64,000 bases of DNA from assembly GCA_951406725.2 (NCBI GenBank), contig OX597814.1:63240001-63304000 (forward strand). The letters are read 5' to 3'. Made by a program: the position numbers and the translations under genes. Of this stretch, positions 1-11,971 are shown one piece after another (position 1 is the stretch's first letter; every line of letters starts with the position of its first letter). The stretch comes from Octopus vulgaris (Eukaryota). Under the pieces are notes generated by a model that saw nothing but the letters and a program-made list of their open reading frames with translations, ran no database searches and was not told the origin of the DNA.

Positions 1-623
1 CGCAATGACTGAGTGAGAGAGCGAAGGAAATTCAACGCATAATATAATAAGAAACGTGCAACGATAGTCGTAGTCGCATATGACAGATAAACTGCAATGG
101 TTTCTTCAGTTAGACATGAATCCTAGTAAATGTAGATGTGATAACGAAAGGCATTTCGATTTCATAACTTTTCAAAATACTTGGTAGCATATATGAATGG
201 AGACACATTTAACAGTGTAGAGAAATTCGCGACATTCTAAATCACAATACGTAAAGATAATGTTTAATACTAAATAAATGAAGAAATAAAACAGAATCTT
301 AAGAGATGCTAGAAAACATTTTAGATAATTTTCCGTGTTGTTTACTTGTGTAAAAGGGAACCAGTATTATAGTATTATAAAGTCATAGTTGACAAAATTC
401 ATTGTAAATTTGTTGCCTAATTATATATGACCGTTGGCATTTAAATTAAGATTAATGCCGAATTTCACTGTGCCATACTATAACATAAAATAGCATACCA
501 TTGCATACCAACATACATACATATTTGTGTGGGTGTATATATATATATATATGTATATATATATGATATATATGTATATATATATGTGATATATATGTAT
601 ATATGTATGTATGTATGTATGTA

Positions 624-653
624 TGAAGTGATCAGGTAATATATATGTATGTA

Positions 654-733
<80 letters not shown>

Positions 734-763
734 TACATACATATATATTACCTGATCACTTCA
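624..763. repeat. Palindrome (fold-back) centred on an (AT)n tract
   Basis: TGAAGTGATCAGGTAATATATATGTATGTATGC-(AT)n-GCATACATACATATATATTACCTGATCACTTCA; arms are reverse complements. Confidence 0.9.
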
Positions 764-769
764 CCGACC

Positions 770-1005
770 AGACTTTCAGATGATGTTACACATCGCAGCT
801 CACTTGGAATTTTGCATCGTTTTAGCCGTCAAATGACACCACACTGTTGGCTAGGTGAGCAGGACAACATTCACGCTTGATAGAAAGGAGGATTGGAGCA
901 ACATAAAATGAAATATTTTGCTCAAGAAATCATCACACCGCTCGGTCTGGGAATGGAACCCATAATCTAGTAACCACGAGTGCAACGGCCTAACCACAAG
1001 GCCAT
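770..1005 (-). mobile_element. Decayed tRNA-derived SINE
   Basis: Minus strand has A-box-like TGGCCTTGTGGTTAGG and B-box-like GGTTCCATTCCC, then a CTTGAGCAAAA core-like motif. Confidence 0.55.
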
Positions 1006-1093
1006 ATACCGTCAGACACACACATGTATATATATAAACTCAGAGTAACAGATTTTGTTGAATTTTCTGCTGCTTTAAATAAAGTATATATAT

Positions 1094-1275
1094 AGCGATT
1101 TTTTCCCCTGTCTTCCTTTCTCGGGATCTTTCCTTCTCCTATGTTTCCGACGAAGAGCCCCGCTCGAAACGTCAAACCCTCCTTCTTCCCTTCTTTCCTG
1201 AGCGTCCAATAATACTTTATTTGTTCCACGTCCTTGCGTTGTTGTTTTCTTGTTTTTGTTGTCTTGTTTGGATTA

Positions 1276-1280
<5 letters not shown>
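1094..1280 (+). mobile_element. Short PLE pseudo-LTR-like non-autonomous element, family H1 copy A
   Basis: Near-identical to 21072-21255 and related to reverse copies at 36303-36475 and 54879-55141; bounded by TA repeats; contains hammerhead motif. Confidence 0.75.
1143..1177 (+). ncRNA. Minimal type-I hammerhead ribozyme motif (U4C variant)
   Basis: gttt-CCGACGA-A-GAGC ccc GCTC-GAAA-CG-TC-aaac: stem I gttt/aaac, stem II GAGC/GCTC, palindromic ACGT at stem III, GUC site. Confidence 0.65.
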
Positions 1281-1326
<46 letters not shown>

Positions 1327-1907
1327 TATATATATATGTATGTATATATATATATAAATATATATATGCATATATATGTGTGTTGTATTTATTTGAAATG
1401 GAACTTTTAAGAGTTATACGTTCTGCTTACGATTTAAGGAATTTGGAGTTGGTATACACAATGCAGGAAGCATTACAGAGCTATTCAGGAATGACAATCC
1501 AGTGTGCAATTGTAGCAATAGTAAACACAAGTTTTATTTTAAGTGTTTAGGGCGGATGAAGTTATATCCTAACCCAATCAACAATTGCTCAGGCCTCGCA
1601 TTACATTACAAATTAATGAAATAATCTGAAAATTTGATAGAGGTAGTTGTAGGAAAATAATATTGTTTAAGATATGTTTCACAAACTCCCACTGCATGAA
1701 ATATCATTATGTTTTACGTAATAGATTTTACAGTTGACCACAAACAATGTTGAAGCAAGGCACGAAATAAAGCGTTATGCTTTACGTAATCTGACGTGCT
1801 ATATGTACTGTTGCGTTGCTAATATCACATCTGTATTGTAGAAAATGAAGGAAGACAACTGCGATGTTCTTAGCGTTTCATAAAGTAATTAATCTCGAGC
1901 GAAAGCA

Positions 1908-2090
1908 TCCAGCTAGCAAACTTGTTTTCATGCTGCACAAAATGTTTAGCGGCATTCCTTCCGGTTTTACGTTTCGAATTCAACGTCGAGTTTGCTTTTC
2001 ATCTTTTTCAGGGTCAATAAAATAAAATACCAGTCAAATATCGGTATCGATGTAATCCCCACGAAATTTCAAGCCTATAGTGCCTTATTA
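1908..2090 (+). mobile_element. Decayed Nin-domain-like SINE
   Basis: TTTGCTTTTCATCTTTTTCAGGGTCAATAAAATAAAATACCAG resembles the central domain of the copies at 13960-14176 and 23040-23252. Confidence 0.55.
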
Positions 2091-2223
2091 ATTTCAAGCA
2101 ACATCGAGGTCAACTGTCAGCCTTTCGGGGCCCAAAAGACAACCAGGCAGAATCGTTTGAGCATCGGACAAAGTTCTTAACCGTACTTCTTCCGGCAATT
2201 TGTTTTCCGAATTCACTTATATA

Positions 2224-2991
2224 TATGGGGCGATAGGTAAACTGTCACCATTTTATACTTTTAATTTTACTTTGTTTGTTTATGATTTTCTCAACTACAC
2301 AGTATAGAAGGGTCAGTTGGGCACCGTCTGTAAGAACAACAACACTATGACGCAATTCACTCAGCGAAAAATTCGGAAACAAGATGCTGTACTGCTTGGC
2401 ATTCGCGCTGGAATTTCCAATACGAATATTTCAGAGTGTTTGTGTGTCAATCCTGGGACATGTAACGAGAGTTTGGATTGATGCCACAATTCATCTTCGC
2501 ACATGGCCTCAGACTCAACACGGAGGCGTACATCAAGTGCCTGGAGGAGATAATACTGCCTTGGTCCAAGAGGGTGGCTGCTGGAAGACCCAGGAGAACC
2601 CAGTCATGGCTGTCAGATATCTTGCGCGACCACATCACTTGTAACGTCTGATCGCCTAACTCGCCATACTGCAACCATCTTGTTATTATATGTGGGCGTA
2701 GGCGAGCGAGAGATCAATAAAATTGCTTGTAACACCAAAGTTGAACAGAAGGTAAGGATTATGACAGCATTCACCAACTTAAACAAAGAGATCGTCCAGA
2801 AGAGTTGTAGGAGATTCCGAAGTCGTCTGGAGGCCGTGGTTGAAGCCAATGGCAATTTTATTGAATAGATTTATTCTTTGTTATTTCAAGGTACTTTTAT
2901 GTAATTTAGGTAAATATATGTTTTAAAATGAGATGTCAGTGTTATTTTCATTTTTGCGTAATTTAGAGGCCAATATATTCACTGCACCCTG
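2224..2991 (+). mobile_element. Internally deleted Tc1/mariner element, maT (DD37D)-like
   Basis: Fragments GLRLNTEAYIKCLEE, SPNSPYCNHL (SPDCNP-like) and C-terminal RFRSRLEAVVEANGNFIE; ends CACCCTG-TA; homologous to 11972-12851. Confidence 0.8.
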
Positions 2992-3005
2992 TATATATAT
3001 ATACA

Positions 3006-3148
3006 GGGTTCGGCAAAAAGAGACCGATAAAATAAGTACTGGGCTTACAAAGAATATGTCCTGGGGTCGATTTGCTCGACTAAAAACGGTGCTCCAGCAT
3101 GGCCGCAGTCAAATGACTGAAACAAGTAAAAGAGTAAAAGAGAAAAGA

Positions 3149-3149
<1 letters not shown>
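3006..3149 (+). mobile_element. 3' fragment of tRNA-head SINE family A
   Basis: Matches the 3' part of the full copy at 38544-38943 (GGTTCGGCAAAA...GGTGCTCCAGCATGGCCGCAGTCAAATGACTGAAACAAG). Confidence 0.85.
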
Positions 3150-3197
<48 letters not shown>

Positions 3198-3499
3198 GTG
3201 TGTGTGTCTGTGTGTGTAACCTATGGCTACTCTAACATTTATGCTTCTATAACTGGCTTCGTAGACAATAAGATGTTATAAATGCACCCTGTCATCAAAC
3301 GTATTTAAAGTACAATGAGGAGAAACAGATCTTCCTGATACGCCATGCATAATAATTGACATCAAATTCCCTGTAAATGCTTGAAAGCGTAGCCAAAGCA
3401 ATTTAATCCGTTATTAGTCGTATCTTCTTAATCTGCTGATGATGTATAGAAACAAACCGTGTCACAGATTATTGTAATTCAGTTTGCTTTATATATATA

Positions 3500-4493
3500 C
3501 TAGTCGTTGCCGGGTCATAGTGCTAGTGCATGTATATATGTGTATATATATGTGTACATCTTACATGTACATCTATATACATACATCTACACATAAAATA
3601 CAAAATACAAAGTTTCGCTAGTGATAACAATACTCAAAATATATAACAGACTGGAATTGTAAGCCCGTCTCTTGCAATTTCGATCAATTGTATCTTGTCC
3701 TCCCTCTTGTATAGAGGTGTGGCTACAATCCAGCCTACCTCTACTGCTGGGGGCGGGGCGGGGGGGGGGCATTTTCAATTTTTATCCGGGACGTCCTACG
3801 TCCCAGATAAACTACACAACCAATTTCATTCAAATTTTACACATGCCTTACTTAGGATCCGGGGAGTGTCATCGGCAAAAGATTTTTTAAACTTTTACTG
3901 TCTATGAGGCCAGTGAAAGCAAGCTCCGTTGACTCGAACCTTGCTTCTATTGTGACGAATTTACTGCCTCTAGTTAGATATCTTTCATAGTCGCACCAAG
4001 ACACTTTTCGATGGTGCTTTCCTCCAGGTGTTCAAATCTTTTTTCTCTACATTGTATACTTTATAGACAATAGTCTTTTCTTTAATTTAATTTTTTATTA
4101 TCCATCTGGACTGTTCCATTTCTGCACGCTAATTTTATTTTTAATTTATTTCCATTCATGTGAAACCACTTATTCAAGTTCAAGTCATTGATGCAATTTT
4201 ATACCAATTGCTATTTTTACTTTTGTTATGTTACGATTATATTATATAATTCAATTGTTATTATCATTTTTATTGTTAAAGTGAAAGCATCTGACATAAA
4301 ATAGAGAAATGATTTTGTTTCACTTTTAACACGTAATACTGAAATAGTGGAGAAGATATGATATTGTTATGGGCTCGCTCTAGGCAAGAAGTTGAACATT
4401 TCTTTTGCCCATGAAACTACATGGACCCTAAGTAAGGCATGTGTAACATTTGAATGAAATTGGTTGTGTAGTTCTCAAGTTTTAGGGAAACAC

Positions 4494-4528
<35 letters not shown>

Positions 4529-4556
4529 CACATTCTCAGTTTTATATATAGAGAGA
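3500..4556 (-). mobile_element. Non-autonomous Helitron-like element
   Basis: Minus strand starts TCTCTCTATATATAAAA followed by (CTGT)n and ends CTAG; internal ~50-bp inverted repeat 3810-3860/4422-4473. Confidence 0.6.
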
Positions 4557-5316
4557 TATATAAAATGTCATTTCATCTTAATTCTAAGAAGGATCTAACA
4601 CTAACAGTATTAATTAAACTACAAAAAAGAAACCACATTTACCCTATGTACAAAAAACAGTATCGTAAATAAAGAATTCTATAAGTAAACTTATAACTAA
4701 CACATAAATTATCTAACTAAATAACAACCTAGCACTTCAAGTCCATACAGATAATATTCCATAAGTCTTCCATAGTTATTAATATAAAAGTGAAGGCTTT
4801 TATATTCTATTCTTTCAAAACAAAACAAGCTGGTTTGAACTTAACTATTTAACTAGTAATATAACTAATTCTAAGTGAATTACGCTATTTTATAACCTAA
4901 AAGTCAATAATTAAAACACTCCATACGTATTAAATTTTCGTTATGCTTACAAGCTTTAATTTTAAACTTATACCAGTAATGTAATAGATAATACTAAAAT
5001 ATACTTATTAAATCAGAAACTAATAAAAGAATACTTATAATTAACAAGTATTATTAAAAACTTTGTTACGATTAATGCTAAATATGCAACTCTTTAAAAG
5101 ATAATATAAAATATAAAGTATTACCACTTATATGTTACTGGGATACACGAGGTTGAAGTCAACTATTTTCTCAAAAGACTAACTATTTGGTGGTGTGGTG
5201 CGTAGTTCACTTTCTTAAATGTCTTTAAGTATTTTGGTGAGGTAGTATGCAATTAGAGAGACTTGTAAACTGTCCAGATATGGACAACCTACAATCCAAA
5301 TCATTAGACGTTTCGT

Positions 5317-6629
5317 TTACAAATATTTACTAAGTTGAAAGCTAGATATTACACCTTATTTATTTAAAATTTCTAGTCTCTCACCTAAACAGTGATTAAA
5401 CGTTTTAACTAATTTACCATATCTATAACCTTGCTTTACTAAATGTCTTAACAATTTATTCACTCTTTCCAAAAATTTATTAGCATTACTAATAATGGTA
5501 CTATATCTCACAATTTGCCCTGCAAAAACACCATAACAAATAAAAGGAGGAATTATATTACTGAATCATGGGATTGAAGCTAACTGGAAACAAAAATCGT
5601 CTGTTTTAGTATGTCAGTACATATCACATTATCATCCTTAATTACTAAACTGACGTCTAAAAAATTAATATTTTTTTATATTAATACCATTTCTGGTGGA
5701 CTTTAGCTCACTAGGACATATTTTTATAAGTAAAAATTCAAAGAAACCATCATTAGGTTTAAATATATCATATATATATATATCTGCAGCATCCATGAAA
5801 TTGTTTAAGCAAACCAAAACTTTTTTCCTCACACATAGGTCTTTAAGAAAAAGGAACACGCATGAAGAAAGATTAAGGTCCGCCAATAGAGGGTTACAAT
5901 TGCCATCTATTAGAATCCCTATAACCTGCTCAAAAACCCTACCCGAAACACTACAAACATACCTTCTCTTTCATCTTTCTTTAATTTATATCAGTATATC
6001 CTATATAACATCAATTAGACAAGAAACCTTTTTACCATTCTTTATAGGTATACACTAATATTCTAAGTTAAATATAATATCTAATATACTAAAAATACTT
6101 TCTTCTATACATTAAAGATTTAAGCCTGTATATAGCGTCGAAAAATCGTACGCACATACTCTTAACATTCTTGCATTTAATCAGTCTATTCAGAAATTCG
6201 TTAGTTAATTAATTCCCAAACTGTCATAAATTTTATCACAATATTTTTAAAGTATCATTAACCAATATAGATAGCTGTTTATTTGTACAATTACTAGCTC
6301 CTGCTATGAATCTACCTATAAAAGGAACTTTAAGCAGTTTAGGAATACCAAAACGTTTAGGGATATTTTTATACTTTTCTTCCACTTCTAAACCGGCCAG
6401 TCTTTCTACTGTGGGTATAAGTCTATTAACTAACTTATTAACATTTTCTGGTATAACTCTGTATAAAGTTAAATTCTTTATCTACTCCTAACTCCTCATC
6501 TACAACCATCATATAAAATGTCTTACAAATTACAACAACATTCCCTGCTACTTTATCCGCTGGCACTATCACATACTTTTTATGTAATTCATTTATATAC
6601 TCTTTAACTAGTTGTTTATTCAAAACTGA

Positions 6630-6632
<3 letters not shown>
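5317..6632 (-). pseudogene. Penelope-like reverse transcriptase, Naiad-type, 5'-truncated and frameshifted
   Basis: Motifs YVIVPADKVAGNVVVICK, IPKLLKVPFIGRFIAGASNCTNKQLS, YDFSTLYT, QVIGILIDGNCNPLLADL, decayed RYIDD, YGVFAGQIVRY..LVKQGY; ORF ends after the thumb with no C-terminal endonuclease; 5' break at (TA)n. Confidence 0.8.
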
Positions 6633-6669
<37 letters not shown>

Positions 6670-7399
6670 ATATATATAAAGATATGTATGTATATATATG
6701 TATATATATATATATACATATATTTATATATATGTGTGTGTGTGTGCGTGTGTGTGTATATATGTGTGTGTATTCAAAATATGCATACATATGGTACTTT
6801 TTGTTTTATCGAGATGTGAGTAGGCGTTTAAGCAATTCAAAACCTTTTAATTTGTAAATATTACATAGAACTAAAGGGAGAAAGAGAAAATGAGGGAGGA
6901 GTAAGGAGTAAGCAGAAAAAATGTTGTCTATGTTAAACATGTTGATATAACTGATAATATCTTTTGCAACCGATACTTCGTTTACAAGATAGAGATAAGA
7001 AATATGAAAACAAAACTTATTCATAAATAACCAGCTAAATATGTAAATCACAGCTACAATCATATTGCATCTGTGTATTTTTAATTGGACTATTTTTATA
7101 ATTTTTCTTACACTTTTATTCAATGTAATCCTTTTTTGTCTTGAAGAGGACTATTCAATTATAACGTGATTCTGGTTTCTCTCTCTCCCTGAAAATGCAT
7201 AATAAAAATAGAAATATAAAAGACAGCTAAATATATATAAAAATGATTAACAAAACAAATAAAATGCTTATATTAATAAAAAGAGGGGTGGGGGAAATAA
7301 AAGTATTCAACAAACGATTATTTAATTTCATTCATTTAATATTTAAAAAAGTCTATTTAGGTATTTTTTTCGGATGATGATCCTTATTGCAGAAGTAAT

Positions 7400-7880
7400 A
7401 TGATGAAGGTACTAGTAACGGCTGATGATGATAGAGATAATATGCGATGAGGTGTTGTTAGTGGTAGTGATAATAATTGCGAGTGTGTAAATTTAAGACG
7501 ATGATGAGGAATTTGTTGATGATGAAAACAAAACTAGTTCTTGCTGATGATGATATTGACGAGAACAACAACGACAACGACGAATACAACGACGATGACG
7601 ACGACGACGACGACGTTGTAGATGATGCTGATAATGACGATGATTATAACGATATTGATAAATATGATGACGATGATGTTGATCTCTTTTTATGATAACG
7701 ATGAATGTGGTAATGATGATGATGATGATGATGATGGCGGTGGTGATGTTGGTGGTGACGATGAGGTGGGGGGGGGGGGGGCTGACGATACCGCTACTGT
7801 TTTAGTAATGACTGTGGTTATACATGTAATGCATAGTGATGGCTTCTTGATGGTAGGAGTAGTGGTGGTGTTTCTGATGA
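7400..7880. repeat. Degenerate (GAT/GAC/GGT)n trinucleotide low-complexity tract
   Basis: Runs of GATGAT, GACGAC and GGTGGT. Confidence 0.85.
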
Positions 7881-8472
7881 TAATGCAAGTGAAACTATTA
7901 AAAAATATTGCTATAAAATTAATTTAAAATCTTTTGACACCTGACGAGTCAGCCTTGAAAAACATGTCTGGTTGTAATGTATCCTCTCAAATTAATTAAA
8001 GTTATATACAATTGCAATTTACCTTATACGTTATTTTTTTTTCATGTCATTTAATTGAAGTAGATTGCCGTGTAAAGTCATATGCAATAATGTGTGACGT
8101 GGATAAGACATCACTGTGATAATACTTAAGCTTGTTAATAAGATCTATTTGCACACACCTACACACATTGACGCATACACAAACACACCAAACAGACAAC
8201 CATATATTTAAATACTTGTACACAAACACAGTAACAAACACACACACACAATCTCACACGCACACACTCACACACACATAACACACATATATACACAGAT
8301 ACACACGCTCAGAAACATGCACACAAGCACATCAAGAAATCACACGCATTCGTTTAGGGACTTCTTAAGTAAAAATCATATTCGCGTGTCGAAGCAGGAA
8401 TTATAATTATTATGCTTCAGGTGAGGATCTTAGTTTTATTTCCTTATAATTGCAATGACTTAATCTCCTTCT

Positions 8473-9200
<728 letters not shown>

Positions 9201-9600
9201 TGCGCGCAGAATTTTATATGACAGCTTAATTATTTATGTTCATACTGGGTATTGTTTCTCACATTCTCCGCATTAGTTGTTGAATGTCATGTCATGCTCT
9301 CCGTACATTCCAACATTAATGCTTACGCGCACACACACGCAAACACACACAAACACACACATGCACACATATACGTACGCCTCTCCTTCATACACACAAA
9401 AGCATTTACACACATTCAGACGGAAATTGTCACTTGTCGGTCATAAAAGAGATCAATTCGTCACGCTTTATTTGAACTTTGTAATTTGTCAGGAAATATT
9501 TCTTGTATTTGTTTGAGTAAATTCTGGAAGAAACACGCATGCGCATAGTTATAAAACACGCAGTATGGGAAGCCAGTCTTGACCAACTGTTTGAAGTCTA

Positions 9601-9659
<59 letters not shown>

Positions 9660-9810
9660 ATTCTGAATTTTTCTGAATCTTCAGATTTTTCAATATGCTA
9701 CGGCACTGGTTTTAAATTAATATTAATCAAACTTATATTCAATTTATATATATATATATATATATATATATGAAGTTTATATATGTATATATCTCTCTCT
9801 ATATATATAT

Positions 9811-10100
9811 ACCTGATATACGCACTAACCTGCTCTGGGTGTCATGAGCAATACATAGGCCAAAAAAAAAAATCAGTCTACGTAAAATAATGACCCTGCA
9901 CAGATCCCAGATCAAAATTCCCCAAAACAGAAAAATAGCATTCAGTTGACTCATAGACATTTGCACCAATAACGAAAATCCAAGCTTTAGAATTTTCCCC
10001 CTCTACCAATTCAGGGACGTTACGACCTGGAGCCAAAGAATTAGTAAAGGGACTCTCTTTATTACAAATGACAGACCCCTTTTGAACGCGTCTACAACAA
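9811..10100 (+). pseudogene. Penelope-like GIY-YIG endonuclease C-terminal fragment
   Basis: Translation LIYALTCSGCHEQYIGQ, frameshift, LRKIMTLHRSQIKIP..*LIDIC..FRIFPLYQ..LFITNDRPLLN; begins at (TA)n. Confidence 0.8.
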
Positions 10101-10495
10101 ACGACATATCCACTACGGCCTTTGAATAACACAAATATTAAAAATGATACTCTCAAGAGATTCCCAAGAATTATTTAAAAAAAACAGTCCCAATCACTGC
10201 TATAATCCATAACGTGCCAATTTTAAGTCATTTGAACATTTAAAACCTTACTACTTTCATACTACCTACATTCCTTCTTCTTCTTCTTCTTCTTCTTCTT
10301 CTTCTTCTTCTTCTTCTTCTTCTTCTTCTTCTCTACCAAGAATTCACTACGACCTCGAAACCACAAGAGTAAACATGAGTGACAGAGACTAGCAGAAACA
10401 AGGAAAATGCCACTTGTATTTGAACACTATGCAAATATTCTTTTAAAAAATCCCTTTCTTTAATTTTTCCAAAATTTAATTGCCTTCCATACGTA

Positions 10496-10531
10496 CAGTT
10501 GAAAAAATCTCAATGACCGAAACCGGTACTG
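10496..10531 (+). ncRNA. Decayed minimal hammerhead motif (U3:A8 core) in the PLE 3' region
   Basis: cag-TTGAAAA-aatc tcaat gacc-GAAA-CCGG-TA-ctg; stem II needs two A>G reversions. Confidence 0.55.
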
Positions 10532-10589
10532 AAATGTTTTTTAAAAATTATTTTAGCATTTTCTATCTTGACATTTTTTGCCATATATA

Positions 10590-11886
10590 CGAGGGTCGTT
10601 CAATAAGTAATGCCCCTGACCCACTTCCCATAGCAGTAGAGCAACGAAACTTGTTATTAGCACAGTTATTAGTCTTTTTCTACATAGGAACCACCCAGAG
10701 TTACGCATTTCTCCCATCGTTTGATGCAGCTCTGGATACCGTTTTTGTAGAAGACCCCAGCTTGGTCCTCCAACCACGACGTAACTTCAGAAATCAAGGC
10801 TGCATCATCTGGGAAACGCTTTCCTTTCAACAACAACTTCATGGCTGGGAAGAGGTGAAAATCAGAGGGAGCAAGGTCGGGAGATTAGGGGGATGGGGGA
10901 GGAGTTCATAGCCGCAAGCCTGTGCTTCTGATCTGGCGACAAGCGAGTTGTGGACCGGAGCGTTGTCCTGCAGGAGGAGGATGCCTTTGCTGATCTTGTC
11001 CCGCCTCTTGATTTTGATAGCTTCTCTTAATTTCCTCAAAAGTGAAGCATAATAGGCTCCTGTAATTGTGGTACCCTTTGCCAGGAAATCTGTCATCATT
11101 ACTCCGTCCTGGTCCCAGAAGAATGTGAGCATGATCTTGCCAGTGGAAGGCTGCACACTTGCCTTCTTTGGAGGAGGTGAGTCACGGTGCTTCCACTGCA
11201 TTGACCGGGCTTTGGTCTATGGATCATAGTGATGGGCCCAGGTTTCATCCTGTGTAATCAGTCTTTTGAAAAAGTTTGACTCATCTTCTTGGCACATCTC
11301 CAAATTCATCCTCGAGCACTCGACGCGTTCTTGCTTCTGGAAAGGTGTGAGCAACCTGGGAATCCATCTGGCAGACACCTTTTGCATATGCAAATGGTCA
11401 TGAATGATAATTTCCACAGACACGGTACTAATCTTGACCTCATGGACTATTTGGCGAATAGTTATGCGTAGATCTTCCAAAATGGCAGCCTCAACTTGAC
11501 GGACAGATACCTCATCAATGGCAGAAGTGGGGTGACCAGATCTGGGAGCTGTTTCCACAGAGTTCCGACCATGTTTGAATTCACGATGCCAGCATTTTAC
11601 AAGATCATATGATGGGGCATCATCATCATAAGTTACTTTCATTTCAGCAAAAGTCTCCCGTGGTGTGCGTCCTTTCAAATACAAAAACCGGATCACTATT
11701 CGACACTCAACAGGCTCCATTTCACACTTGACTCAGTTCAAACACCTGTAAATCAGAAACCACAATTAGTTCAGAGCTGTAATTCGCCACTTAATCTATA
11801 GAGATATAAATAATTGCACATGCAAAATTTCAGCTAGATCAAACAACTGCAAGTGGGCCAGAGGCATTACTTATTGAACGCCCCTC

Positions 11887-11887
<1 letters not shown>
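10590..11887 (-). mobile_element. Full-length mariner transposon (irritans/Hsmar2-like TIR), defective
   Basis: TIRs CGAGGG(T/G)CGTTCAATAAGTAATGCC, TA target duplication, ~1.3 kb. Confidence 0.95.
10655..11720 (-). pseudogene. Mariner DD34D transposase, interrupted
   Basis: WIPRLL, ITQDETWAHHYDP*, LLLQDNAPVH, LPHPP..PDLAPSDF (frameshifted). Confidence 0.9.
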
Positions 11888-11969
<82 letters not shown>

Positions 11970-11971
11970 TA

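Noticed and set aside
5317-6632. Selenocysteine recoding in the Naiad-like RT
   Set aside because: Readable conserved Cys codons are TGT; the one TGA noticed (~6237-6239) lies at a deletion/frameshift; no SECIS recognised
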